This document shows, in pieces, positions 15,766-25,258 of a stretch of 52,188 nt of DNA. The DNA is taken from positions 3,456 to 55,643 of the forward strand of contig CAZBTI010000004.1 in the NCBI GenBank assembly GCA_964494395.1, in the 5' to 3' direction. Within the stretch, counting starts at the first letter, position 1, and the number at the start of each line of letters is the position of its first letter. A program made the position numbers and the translations under genes. The notes beneath the pieces are model-generated. The model was given only the letters and a program-made list of their open reading frames with translations. It searched no databases and was not told the DNA's origin. This stretch comes from an uncultured Acidimicrobiales bacterium (GTDB taxonomy: Bacteria; Actinomycetota; Acidimicrobiia; Acidimicrobiales; SHLQ01).

Positions 15766-18201
15766 ATGGCTGAGAAACATTCCGTCAGCGATGCCGTTAT
15801 GGGCGCGCCTGACAAGATTATGTCGTTCGAAACGGGCCAGCTTGCTGGTCTTGCCGACGGCGCAGTGTTAGCCCAGTTGGGCAACACGATGGTCCTCGTG
15901 ACCGCAACATCAAGCGATAAGCCACGCGATGGCGCAAGCTTTTTCCCACTGACTGTCGACATGGAAGAGCGCAGCTACGCAGCTGGCAAGATCCCCGGAT
16001 CGTTCTTCCGTCGTGAAGGCCGTGCCAGCGAAGCCGCAATCCTCGTCGATCGTTTGACCGATCGTCCCTTGCGTCCAAACTTCCCAGACGGTTTCCGCAA
16101 CGACGTGCACATCGTCGGCACCATCTTCGGCGCCGACATGGAAAACCCGTACGACGTCCTTGCAATCAACGCAGCTTCGGCGGCGCTGATCATTTCCCGT
16201 ATTCCTTTCGAATCACCGGTCGGTGCAGTACGAATTGCGTACACCGTCGAGGGCGAATGGATTCCGCATCCGACCTACCAAGAGAGTGCCGAGAGCACCT
16301 TCGAAATGGTTGTGGCTGGACGCCTTCTCGACGATGACGATGTCGCCGTCATGATGGTTGAAGCCGGTGGAACCGACAAGACCTGGGGCGTTCACGTCGC
16401 TGGCGGTCCAGTTGTCGACGAAGGCACCTTGGCAGAAGGCCTCGACGCATCGAAGAAGTGGATTCGCCAAGCCATCGAGCTTCAAGAATCACTGCTCGAA
16501 AAGGTCGGCGCGAAAGAGAAGATGACCTTCCCCGTTCTCGGCGACTACAGCCCAGAGCTGCTCGCCGCTGTCGAGACCGGCTTCGGCGCCAAGATCGCTG
16601 CGACCCAGACCATTGCCGACAAGATGGAACGCCAGAGTGCCGAAAGCGCACTCAAGGACGAAGTCAAAGAAGCTCTCGCCGAGCAGTTCGCTGACGAAGC
16701 AGGAGCCATTGGCCAAGCATTCCAGTCGATCAAGAAGGCCGCAGTACGTAAGCGCATCGTCGAAGAAGGCATGCGCATCGATGGTCGCAAGACCGATGAA
16801 CTACGCCAGGTCTCCTCTGAGGTCGACCTCATCCCTACCGCGCACGGCTCGGGCTTGTTCCAGCGTGGCGACACTCAGGTCATGAACATCACGACCTTGG
16901 GCATGGGACGCATGGACCAAATGATCGACGGTATCGACCCAATCGATCGCAAGCGTTACATGCACCACTACAACTTTCCACCATTTAGCACGGGCGAGCC
17001 CGGCTTCATGCGTGGACCAAAGCGTCGCGAGATCGGCCACGGAGCGCTCGCAGAGCGTGCGGTGTTCCCGGTCATCCCATCGATCGAAGAATTCCCGTAC
17101 ACCCTTCGTCTCGTCTCCGAGGTTCTTGCATCGAACGGTTCGTCGTCAATGGCGTCGGTCTGTTCTTCAAGCCTTTCGCTGATGGACGCAGGCGTTCCAA
17201 TCAAGGCACCCGTTGCTGGTATTGCAATGGGACTCGTCAAGATGGACGACAAGTACATCACTCTCACCGACATCCTCGGTGCTGAAGATGCCATGGGCGA
17301 CATGGACTTCAAGGTCACCGGCACCGCAGACTTTGTGACCGCACTCCAGCTCGACACCAAGATCGACGGCATCCCCGCCGACGTTCTGTCGGGTGCGCTG
17401 AACCAGGCCAAGGCTGCTCGTCTCTCAATTCTTGCCAACATGAAGGAAGCAATTCCTGCACCGCGTGACGAGGTTGGACCGACCGCTCCAAAGATCGTTT
17501 CCTTCGAAATCCCGATCGACAAGATCGGCGAGGTCATTGGACCGAAGGGCAAGGTCATCAACGCCATCCAGGCCGAGACCGGCGCAGTCATTTCTGTCGA
17601 CGACGACGGCATGGTCGGCGTTGTGTCAGTTGCATCCTCTGACAAGGCAGTCGTCGAAGAGGGCGAGCGTCAGATCCGCCTCATCCTCGACCCTCCAACC
17701 GCTGAGGTTGGCGAGGTCTACCAGGGCAAGGTCGTGAACATCACCAAGTTCGGTGCGTTCGTGAACATCCTTCCTGGACGCGACGGACTCGTGCACATCA
17801 GCAAGCTCGGTGGCGGCAAGCGCATCGACAAGGTTGAAGACGTTGTCTCTCTTGGAGACGACATCGAAGTCAAGGTCGAAGACATCGATCCGAACGGCAA
17901 GATCTCGTTGCGCCCAACCGCTGATGGCGGCGGCGACGATGACTCGTCGGGCGGTTCCGGTGGCGGAGGCTCACGTGACCGTGGTGGAGATCGCGGCGGA
18001 GACCGTGGTGGCCGCTCCGGCGGTGGCCGTGACGGTGGTGGCCGTGACGGCGGCTCCAGCGATCGTGGTGGAAGCTCGAAGTCTGACGACCGTGAGGTTG
18101 CCTCCTTCGAGGAGAGCTTCGATGCTTCCCTCGCCGAGGACCTCGGCGACTTGGGTCCTGCACCCAAGACGAACCGCGGCGGCCGAGGCCGGCGTCGTTA
18201 G
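15766..18201 (+). CDS. pnp: Polyribonucleotide nucleotidyltransferase (PNPase) with a Gly/Arg/Asp-rich C-terminal extension
   Basis: 811 aa with two RNase PH domains, KH and S1 (GKVVNITKFGAFVNILPGRDGLVHISKL). About 91 extra residues follow S1. Confidence 0.97.
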   Translation: MAEKHSVSDAVMGAPDKIMSFETGQLAGLADGAVLAQLGNTMVLVTATSSDKPRDGASFFPLTVDMEERSYAAGKIPGSFFRREGRASEAAILVDRLTDRPLRPNFPDGFRNDVHIVGTIFGADMENPYDVLAINAASAALIISRIPFESPVGAVRIAYTVEGEWIPHPTYQESAESTFEMVVAGRLLDDDDVAVMMVEAGGTDKTWGVHVAGGPVVDEGTLAEGLDASKKWIRQAIELQESLLEKVGAKEKMTFPVLGDYSPELLAAVETGFGAKIAATQTIADKMERQSAESALKDEVKEALAEQFADEAGAIGQAFQSIKKAAVRKRIVEEGMRIDGRKTDELRQVSSEVDLIPTAHGSGLFQRGDTQVMNITTLGMGRMDQMIDGIDPIDRKRYMHHYNFPPFSTGEPGFMRGPKRREIGHGALAERAVFPVIPSIEEFPYTLRLVSEVLASNGSSSMASVCSSSLSLMDAGVPIKAPVAGIAMGLVKMDDKYITLTDILGAEDAMGDMDFKVTGTADFVTALQLDTKIDGIPADVLSGALNQAKAARLSILANMKEAIPAPRDEVGPTAPKIVSFEIPIDKIGEVIGPKGKVINAIQAETGAVISVDDDGMVGVVSVASSDKAVVEEGERQIRLILDPPTAEVGEVYQGKVVNITKFGAFVNILPGRDGLVHISKLGGGKRIDKVEDVVSLGDDIEVKVEDIDPNGKISLRPTADGGGDDDSSGGSGGGGSRDRGGDRGGDRGGRSGGGRDGGGRDGGSSDRGGSSKSDDREVASFEESFDASLAEDLGDLGPAPKTNRGGRGRRR

Positions 18202-18276
18202 CGTATTGCCTCAGCCCTAGCGGGCTTCGGCAAACTCGAGTTCTCGCCTAGCGGCTCGAACTCCCAATCGTTCCAG

Positions 18277-18317
18277 AGAGGGCTCCCGAATGTTCGGGGG
18301 CCCTCTTCTGCGTTTTT
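18277..18317 (+). terminator. Rho-independent-type terminator of pnp
   Basis: agagggctcccgaa-tg-ttcgggggccctct forms a 14-bp stem with one mismatch, followed by tctgcgttttt. Confidence 0.7.
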
Positions 18318-18319
18318 CG

Positions 18320-18625
18320 ATGCGAGATCTCCCCGCGCTGGTCGTGCACATCAACTTCCCACTCGTCGACCTGACTTCGGAGAACGGGCCCATCAGGCAG
18401 ATCCCAGGCAGCCATCGATCGCGATCGCCCATCCCGTCGTTGGCGAATGAGCCAGAGTGGATGCGTCTCAGCACCGTATGTCCGCTACCCGCCGGCTCGG
18501 CGATTATTCGTGACGCGAGGTGCTGGCACGGCGGAACTCCCAACCTGTCTCGAATGGTTCGAGCAATGCCAAACATTGAGTACATGGCTCCGTCGCTGTC
18601 AGTCTCTGCGAGCGTGGACCGATAG
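18320..18625 (+). pseudogene. C-terminal fragment of a phytanoyl-CoA dioxygenase (PhyH)-family gene
   Basis: VVHINFPLVDLTSENGPIRQIPGSHR...AGSAIIRDARCWHGGTPNLSRMVR matches the distal half of PhyH-family proteins. The N-terminal half with the HxD motif is absent. The frame opens inside or just after the pnp terminator. Confidence 0.5.
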
Positions 18626-18985
18626 GTAAGTCAGTCTTGAGGTGGCGGTGATCTGCCGCTCGCAGCCACGGGGGATGAGCGCGAGGACATCGGTGGCGAG
18701 TGTGCTTTCGGCTCCGTCGATGGTTAGCTGGCCCGTTCCAGACATGCCGATGATCAGCACGTCGACTTCGTCGTTGACATGACTGCCCATAACCTCCCCG
18801 CTTTCGAGAACAGCCAGGTTGCATCGGAGTTGTTCGCTCGACGCGCTGTAGACGACTCCGCTCGGACCGGACAGGGAAAGCGATCCGACGCTTTCGATCA
18901 GTGGGGTCGAGGGGTCGCACACTCGATTGATCGAAAGTGGTCCGTCTTGGGCCTGGGTAACTGGGAGCTTGGGTGTGTTTGTCAT
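18599..18985 (-). CDS. Small cupin-domain protein
   Basis: 128 aa. GEVMGSHVNDEVDVLIIGMSGTGQLTIDG...LALIPRGCERQI has cupin-like spacing, but the metal-ligand His residues are degenerate. Confidence 0.5.
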   Translation of the reverse strand: MTNTPKLPVTQAQDGPLSINRVCDPSTPLIESVGSLSLSGPSGVVYSASSEQLRCNLAVLESGEVMGSHVNDEVDVLIIGMSGTGQLTIDGAESTLATDVLALIPRGCERQITATSRLTYLSVHARRD

Positions 18986-19308
18986 GCGAGCAAAGCGAAC
19001 TGGAGAGAGGACGCCCCAAAGATGGGGACGAGAAGCAGAACGGTGAGGGCAGGTTACGCCGGGCGTTCCGCACAGAGCTACTCAGTAGGGCCGGTGTCGA
19101 CGGCGGTGAGGTCGATGACTGGTGGAGGGTCGTCCACTGCTTGGCCTCCTCCAGCGGTCAAAACCAAAGCAACCGTGAGCAGCACGCCAGCTGTTCTCTT
19201 GCTGATTCTTCTCATGACGCGGTATCGACGTCTTGAGGTGCCCACTTGACTAAAGAGGTCGTTTCTAGGGCACTTCGCTAGTGAGCGCCGACTCGCTCAG
19301 ACAACTAA

Positions 19309-19476
19309 CGATCGCCGGTGCGACGTGGATCAGTTCGTCGTTGGTCAACGCCGCACCTACCGCATCTCGCCGAACTGACGGTCGAGCATGTGTTGCGGCC
19401 CGGTTATTCATTCTCCGACGAGTTTGAATTTGGACTCGATCTGATCCTCGACGGCCTCGAGCAGCGGCTCGAATAG
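19309..19476 (+). pseudogene. Remnant of the C-terminus of a TetR-family regulator
   Basis: An open frame of 55 codons after TAA 19306-19308 ends ...SDEFEFGLDLILDGLEQRLE. This closely resembles the last helix of TetR (FLFGLELIICGLEKQL). No HTH or plausible full-length frame lies upstream. Confidence 0.35.
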
Positions 19477-19483
19477 TTCCCGA

Positions 19484-19966
19484 TTACTCGGCGCGTTGGA
19501 GTTCGGCGTGCAGGTGGTGGGTGAGTGGCTCACCGACGGCCGCCATTGAAACGTCGTAGCTCAACGTGTCGGCATCGACGCTGTAGCTTCGTGTCGTCGC
19601 TGTCACGCTCTTGGCCGTCGCCGTGCCAAGAACCTGCACCGACGTGAGGTCCATCGAGGAACCTGAGACCGTTCCTTCCAGGGATTCGACAATCCCGCTC
19701 GGGATCGAAAGCACGAACTCGACTCGATCGATTCCGATCGGGCGGATATATCCGCTTTCGGTGTGCAGCGGAGTGCCGTTCGGGTATTTGGTCTTCTGAA
19801 CGAAGGTGAGAAAGGACTTCCCAACGTGGCCAAACACGGTCTCTTCGGTGTACTCGAAGTCATCGATCGTCGGGTAGCTGCCGGTGCCCTTGCCTCGCCA
19901 TGTGCCGAGCAAAAACGAAAGGTGGGCAATCTCTGGGGCGAGCGAAGGACCGGTGGCGTTGGACAT
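19484..19966 (-). CDS. Nitrobindin-type (DUF1794 / THAP4-like) heme-binding beta-barrel protein
   Basis: 160 aa. LSFLLGTWRGKGTGSYPTIDDFEYTEETVF and a C-terminal ...THHLHAELQR are typical of the family. Confidence 0.75.
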   Translation of the reverse strand: MSNATGPSLAPEIAHLSFLLGTWRGKGTGSYPTIDDFEYTEETVFGHVGKSFLTFVQKTKYPNGTPLHTESGYIRPIGIDRVEFVLSIPSGIVESLEGTVSGSSMDLTSVQVLGTATAKSVTATTRSYSVDADTLSYDVSMAAVGEPLTHHLHAELQRAE

Positions 19967-20104
19967 GTCTCATTATGGTCGATCACCGGCTGCTCCTGAT
20001 CGGAATCTTTCCTCTAGTTGAAGGCGGGCGTGGGAACGCCAACGTCAACCCAGTCTCCGCAGCTAGGGGCTTTCTAACGGCGGGAGATACGATTATTTGC
20101 CGGT

Positions 20105-21352
20105 ATGAACAACGGCATTGAACAGACCACGCTCGACAATGGGCTCCGTATCGTGACCGAGCACATGGCTTCCTCTCGGAGCGCATCGATCGGCGTGTGG
20201 GTTGCTGTTGGTTCTCGCGACGAAAGCCCAGAACGCTCCGGAGCATCACACTTTCTCGAGCACCTGCTGTTCAAAGGAACCGACGGTCGGTCGGCTCGCT
20301 CCGTTGCCGAAGCCGTCGATCGTGTGGGCGGCGATATGAACGCGTTTACTTCCCGCGAGCACACAGCGTTCTACGCTCGGGTACCCGCAACATCTCAGGA
20401 GATGGCTGCCGATCTGCTCTTCGATGTATTGGCAAACCCAGCGTTGCGCCCCGTCGACGTCGATGCCGAACGCCTCGTCATCACCGAAGAACTCATCGCC
20501 GCGTACGACACACCAGATGACGTCGTCTTCATCTCTCTGTACGACGCGCTGTTCGACGGCCATCCCCTCGCACGCGAAGTGCTGGGTTCCGCCACCACTA
20601 TCGAGGCAATGACGTCGGACCATATTCGGAGCTTCCATAACGAGTGGTACACGCCAGCGAACTTGGTGATCTCGGCGGCGGGCGACGTCGATCATGACCT
20701 GCTGGTCAAGCGAGCCGAAACTCACTTCATGGCCGTCGACCCAGGCCAGCCACCAAAGCGGGAAGCTGCTACCGCTGTTCAGCCGAAAATGGTTTCTACT
20801 GAACGTCCGGTCGAACAATTGCACGTCGCCCTCGGGTGGCGCTCGATCAGCCACGGCGAAGATCGGCGATACGAGCTTGCGCTAGCAAACCAAATTCTGG
20901 GCGGGTCACCATCGTCGCGGCTCTTCCAGAGCATCCGCGAAGAACGTGCGCTTGCGTACACGGTGTTCTCACAAACGTCGGGCTACGTCGACGCCGGGTC
21001 GGCCAGCCTGTACGCCGCTACGTCAGCGGCTCGTGGCCCCGAACTACTCACTGGGCTACAAGAGGCGATTGGTGCATTCGTTGCTCACGGAATCACCGGG
21101 GCCGAACTTGATCGCGCACGAACCGGTCTCGAGGGCGCCATGGTTCTGGGTCTCGAAGACGCCGGGTCTCGCATGACCCGCATGGCGACAGGTGTGGCTC
21201 TGCGCGGCGAAGTTACACCGATCGATACGTTCCTCGAACGGTTGCAATCGGTCACCGTCGAGGGGATCAACGAGGTGATCTGCGACGTGTACAGCGTCGA
21301 CCCGGTGATCTCCGTCGTCGGTCCGGCGGTCGGACTAGAGGCTCTCCAATAG
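20105..21352 (+). CDS. M16-family zinc metallopeptidase (insulinase-like)
   Basis: HFLEHLLFKGT inverted zinc motif (HxxEH). 415 aa. This is the usual position downstream of pnp in actinobacteria. Confidence 0.9.
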   Translation: MNNGIEQTTLDNGLRIVTEHMASSRSASIGVWVAVGSRDESPERSGASHFLEHLLFKGTDGRSARSVAEAVDRVGGDMNAFTSREHTAFYARVPATSQEMAADLLFDVLANPALRPVDVDAERLVITEELIAAYDTPDDVVFISLYDALFDGHPLAREVLGSATTIEAMTSDHIRSFHNEWYTPANLVISAAGDVDHDLLVKRAETHFMAVDPGQPPKREAATAVQPKMVSTERPVEQLHVALGWRSISHGEDRRYELALANQILGGSPSSRLFQSIREERALAYTVFSQTSGYVDAGSASLYAATSAARGPELLTGLQEAIGAFVAHGITGAELDRARTGLEGAMVLGLEDAGSRMTRMATGVALRGEVTPIDTFLERLQSVTVEGINEVICDVYSVDPVISVVGPAVGLEALQ

Positions 21353-21418
21353 AGCGAGTCCGCGTTGTCGGCTCTCCCGGTGGGGATTCGGGAGAGCGTT
21401 CACAGTAGCTTCGTGCCT

Positions 21419-23461
21419 ATGGCGAACCTCATGACGGTCCGCAAGCGGCGTTTTCCTCGTCGGTGCTTGGTGGCGGTTACCAGCGTCGTTGTCGGAGCGC
21501 TCTTTGCGAGCACATTGGCCGCTGCTGGCGCCCAAACCGGTGGGACCGTCAACGCGGTGTCCGAGCCGATTATCGATCGAGGTGTCACGATCGAACTGGC
21601 GCCACTCCTGACCATCCCAGCCGATCAATTCGGGCAACCTCGTATCAACCAGTTCGCGCTTCAAGGTGAGCGTTTGTTTGCAGTGACCGACCTCGGCGGT
21701 CGGATCTATGAGATCGTGCCCCAGAGCGAGGGTTTGCTACAGCCAGCGTCGCCGGACCTCTTCTTTGACGTAGCGTCGGCGATCAACGCAACGCCCGGTC
21801 GACAGTTCGATACGTCAAACACGTTTCACGGTGGCCTGCGAAGTGTTGCCTTTCACCCAGATTTTGACTCCAACGGATTGTTTTACACCTCGGTAATGGA
21901 GCGTCGGCCGGCGAACCCGGCGACCTCGACCTATCTGAGCGACGTGCCCCAGCCGAACATCGCCGATGGAGTGGTGGTCGAGTGGCGTGTCGACCCCGCA
22001 ACGGGAGAGCCTGACCCCGGCTCCTACCGCGAGGTGTTCCGCGTTGGGATTCCTTTTTATGACCACCCGATCAAACAAATGGCGTTCAATCCGTTTGCTC
22101 AGCCCGGGGACGCGGACTACGGGTTGCTGTACGTCGCGCACGGGGACGGTAGCTCCCAACCTGCGCCTGAGGGCGGCGGCGTGCGCAACGATGCGCTCGG
22201 GAAGATCTTGCGCGTCGACCCACTCCGTCAAGGTGACGGGTCGAGCTACGGCGTGCCCGCCGATAACCCGTTCGTCGGAAACCCCTCGATGCTCGATGAG
22301 GTGTATTCGCTCGGTCACCGGAATCCTCACCACCTTTCATTTGCCCAAGGTGAGGACGGCCGAGCCCGCCTGATCGTCGCTGAGGTGGGACGCGACAACG
22401 TTGAGGAGATCAACCTGATCGAATCCGGAGCCAACTACGGCTGGTCCTTGCGCGAAGGCACGTTCGTCCACCTCCAAGACGAGGGCGACCTCATCACCGG
22501 AGTAGCCCCGCTTCCGGCTAACGAGGCTGAGTTTGGGTTCACGTTCCCGGCCGCCCAGTACGGCCATGTCGGTTCCGTTGGAGCGGGACTGCCCAGCCAG
22601 GGGGTCGCCGGGGGCTATGTCGTAGCCAACGGATCGCCTCTCGACGGTGAGTACTTCTACTCGGACTTCCCGGTCTCAGGGCGAGTGTATTCATCAGAGT
22701 TCGACGAAATGATCGGTGCGGTTACCAGACTTGACTCGGCCGACCCCGCTCGCGACGAGCCGAACGAACTCACCCAAGCAGCGACTGGTCTGGTGAGCGT
22801 GCTGTTCGATCATGACGCCAACCCCGCAACGCCGTCCCAACCCCGAGACGACCTTCTTGACGTCTTCGACGACGCTCCGTCCTATGACGGTTCTGGGCGT
22901 GCCGATGTGCGCTTTGGCCAAGGTGCCGCCGGTGAGATGTACGTGTCGAGCAAGAAGAACGGAGTTATCTACCTCGTCATGAACTCGGTGGCTCCGACCG
23001 AGTTGTGCGAAGGGCTACCCCGAACCGTCAATGGGTTGACGGGCACGCCAGGGCCTGATGTGATCATCGGGACAGCCGGGCCAGACGTGATTCGTGGTGA
23101 CGGCGGCGACGACGTGATTTGTGGTCGAGGAGGAGCCGACGAAATTCGCGGCGAAGGCGGTTCCGACCGCATCTATGGCGGCCAGGGAGCCGATACGGTG
23201 TTCGGCGGCCGTGGCGATGACACCTTGTTGGGCGGGCGAGGCGGAGACCACCTCGTGGGTGGGCGTGGCGAAGATACGATCCGTGGTGAATTCGGCTTCG
23301 ATCGGATCGACGGTGGTGCCGGAGACGATGAGCTCTTTGGCGGCCGAGGCAACGACGAACTGCGAGGTGGTGCCGGAGCCGACTCCGCTACCGGCGGCGC
23401 AGGTTCTGACAGCTGCGATGCGATCGTTCGCGTCGTCGCCGGGTGTGAAGCATTGAGCTAG
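21419..23461 (+). CDS. Secreted PQQ-dependent sugar dehydrogenase-like beta-propeller with C-terminal RTX calcium-binding repeats
   Basis: N-terminus MANLMTVRKRRFPRRCLVAVTSVVVGALFASTLAAAGAQT is a signal peptide. GLRSVAFHPDF, LGHRNPHHLSF and GANYGWSLREG are SGDH-like. From about 23042 there are about 12 nonapeptide repeats of GGxGxDxL/I type. Start is 21419 or 21431; the listed start is 21365. Confidence 0.75.
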   Translation: MANLMTVRKRRFPRRCLVAVTSVVVGALFASTLAAAGAQTGGTVNAVSEPIIDRGVTIELAPLLTIPADQFGQPRINQFALQGERLFAVTDLGGRIYEIVPQSEGLLQPASPDLFFDVASAINATPGRQFDTSNTFHGGLRSVAFHPDFDSNGLFYTSVMERRPANPATSTYLSDVPQPNIADGVVVEWRVDPATGEPDPGSYREVFRVGIPFYDHPIKQMAFNPFAQPGDADYGLLYVAHGDGSSQPAPEGGGVRNDALGKILRVDPLRQGDGSSYGVPADNPFVGNPSMLDEVYSLGHRNPHHLSFAQGEDGRARLIVAEVGRDNVEEINLIESGANYGWSLREGTFVHLQDEGDLITGVAPLPANEAEFGFTFPAAQYGHVGSVGAGLPSQGVAGGYVVANGSPLDGEYFYSDFPVSGRVYSSEFDEMIGAVTRLDSADPARDEPNELTQAATGLVSVLFDHDANPATPSQPRDDLLDVFDDAPSYDGSGRADVRFGQGAAGEMYVSSKKNGVIYLVMNSVAPTELCEGLPRTVNGLTGTPGPDVIIGTAGPDVIRGDGGDDVICGRGGADEIRGEGGSDRIYGGQGADTVFGGRGDDTLLGGRGGDHLVGGRGEDTIRGEFGFDRIDGGAGDDELFGGRGNDELRGGAGADSATGGAGSDSCDAIVRVVAGCEALS

Positions 23462-23479
23462 CGCCTTCTTCTGAACGCT

Positions 23480-24382
23480 CTAGGACGGGGCGAGACGTCG
23501 AAGGTCTATTCGCAGTACCTGTCTCGGCCGCCCAGAGACATTGCGCGAGGGCGAGTGGAGTGCTCGGGGGTCGAATACCACGACGTCGCCCGGGCTACCG
23601 GTGATCTCGGTGACGCGGCAATGCGTCCCGTCGGCGGAGGTGCCGTTGGAGACGAACTGTTCCATACGATCGAGCGGTGGTCCTGCGGTGCAGAGCTCAG
23701 CGAACCACTCATTCGTTTCGACCAAGCGGTCGAGGAGATCCCCGACGGGGAGGAGTCGAAGCGCGTCGGGGTCCATCACCACGTCGCGGTTGACGTGGCT
23801 AAACGCCCGAACCTGTCGCCCGTCGACCACTCCATCTCGAGATGCGAAAACCTCGCCTCTCCGATGAGATCCGGTCACGGCCACCGTTGGCCCCGTAGCT
23901 CGGTCGACGACATCGAGGAAGACAAACGCGAAGAGACTCCACGGCTCGTCGTCGCCAACGACGATTGGTTCGTCGCTATGCCAACGCTGGTGAGGGACGT
24001 TCCACCCGCCTTCGGTTCCGGGGAAGGTCAGCAGTGAATACCACTTGTCGAGCGGCTCCCACCGGTCAGCTCCAAAGATGGAGTTCACCCGTTTTGTTAT
24101 GGCCGTGAGTGAGGGCTCGAAGGAACCGTTCGATTGCAGTTCGTCCATAACAGCATTCGTGCCGGACAAGCGGTAACCGCGTTCTTTGACCACCGGATCA
24201 TCGAAGCGCGCAAACCAGCTGGCCGGGTCATCTTCTCGAATGGCGAATGAGCGCTCGATCGATTGCCAGAAGTGCTGCTTGAGGGTGGCGATGGTTACTT
24301 GATCGATGACGTTGCGAAGCGCGAGCACGCCTTCTTGACGGAAGGTTTCAATGTCGGAGTTCGACTCATCGTCCACCCACAC
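23480..24382 (-). CDS. Phytanoyl-CoA dioxygenase (PhyH)-family Fe(II)/2OG oxygenase
   Basis: 300 aa. FRQEGVLALRNVI at the N-terminus, WHSD (HxD), TGSHRR, and GDVVVFDPRALHSPSRNVSGRPR (distal His plus Arg). Confidence 0.7.
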   Translation of the reverse strand: MWVDDESNSDIETFRQEGVLALRNVIDQVTIATLKQHFWQSIERSFAIREDDPASWFARFDDPVVKERGYRLSGTNAVMDELQSNGSFEPSLTAITKRVNSIFGADRWEPLDKWYSLLTFPGTEGGWNVPHQRWHSDEPIVVGDDEPWSLFAFVFLDVVDRATGPTVAVTGSHRRGEVFASRDGVVDGRQVRAFSHVNRDVVMDPDALRLLPVGDLLDRLVETNEWFAELCTAGPPLDRMEQFVSNGTSADGTHCRVTEITGSPGDVVVFDPRALHSPSRNVSGRPRQVLRIDLRRLAPS

Positions 24383-24412
24383 GAGTGTACGCGACGGGTT
24401 AGGCTCAGCCCC

Positions 24413-25183
24413 ATGATTCGAGTCGGAGTAACGGGAGCAGGCGGAAAGATGGGCGGCGAGGTGTGCAACGCCGTGCGAGCCGCTGACGGGTTCGAACTGG
24501 TGGCGGGGATCGACCCGAACGCCGACGGACTACCGGCTGACATCACTGCAGTTAGCGCAATCTCCGACCTCGATGCGTCGACGGTCGATGTGATCATCGA
24601 TTTCACCCACCTTGAGGTCGGGCGCACCGTGCTCAACTGGTGCGCCGCGAATGGTGTGCATGCCGTCGTCGGTACGACCGGCTTCACGAATGACGATCTC
24701 GCCGGATACCGGGCGGGCTTCACGTCGAGCAACGCGATGATCGCACCGAACTTTGCGATCGGCGCGGTGATGATGATGCGCATGGCCGAGATCGCCGCTC
24801 CGCACTTCCAAACCGCTGAGGTGATCGAGTACCACCACAACAACAAGAAAGATGCCCCATCTGGCACCGCCATGATGACGGCGCAACGTATCGAGGCTGC
24901 CAAGGCCGAGACCGGATCAAGTTACGACCCGGACCCGACCGAGAACGAGGTCGTTGCCGGATCCCGCGGCGGCAAAGTCGGCGGAGTTGGAGTGCACGGC
25001 ATTCGCATGGAGGGCATGGTTGCTCATCAAGAGGTCATCTTTGGAACGACCGGAGAAACCCTGACGATCCGCCACGACAGTCTCGACCGAAAGTCCTTCA
25101 TGCCAGGAGTGCTTCTCGCCGCGGGCAAGATCGCCGACTTGCCCGGACTTACCCTCGGCCTTGACTCACTCCTCTTCGACTAG
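24413..25183 (+). CDS. dapB: 4-hydroxy-tetrahydrodipicolinate reductase
   Basis: MIRVGVTGAGGKMGGEV Rossmann start and EYHHNNKKDAPSGTA catalytic motif. The listed ORF start 24263 overlaps the divergent PhyH gene and is rejected. Confidence 0.93.
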   Translation: MIRVGVTGAGGKMGGEVCNAVRAADGFELVAGIDPNADGLPADITAVSAISDLDASTVDVIIDFTHLEVGRTVLNWCAANGVHAVVGTTGFTNDDLAGYRAGFTSSNAMIAPNFAIGAVMMMRMAEIAAPHFQTAEVIEYHHNNKKDAPSGTAMMTAQRIEAAKAETGSSYDPDPTENEVVAGSRGGKVGGVGVHGIRMEGMVAHQEVIFGTTGETLTIRHDSLDRKSFMPGVLLAAGKIADLPGLTLGLDSLLFD

Positions 25184-25199
25184 GCGTCCCCAACAAGCC

Positions 25200-25258
25200 A
25201 CAAAGATTTGTACAGGCTGACAGACCGTCACGGTCTGTCAGCCTGTACAAATCTTTGT
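25200..25258. repeat. Perfect inverted repeat with 28-bp arms and a 3-nt spacer
   Basis: acaaagatttgtacaggctgacagaccg-tca-cggtctgtcagcctgtacaaatctttgt. Flanking ccccaaca (25188-25195) and tgtttgggg (25266-25274) can extend the pairing. It lies 17 nt after the dapB stop and is AT-richer than its surroundings. Confidence 0.9.

Noticed and set aside
19078-19215. 45-codon minus-strand ORF with a signal-peptide-like N-terminus
   Set aside because: It is too short, has no clear RBS and I know of no homology. It is mentioned within the gene-decay finding but not called as a feature.
24263-24412. Upstream extension of dapB (listed start 24263)
   Set aside because: It overlaps the 5' end of the divergent PhyH gene. 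The conserved dapB N-terminus MIRVGVTGAGGKMG begins at 24413.
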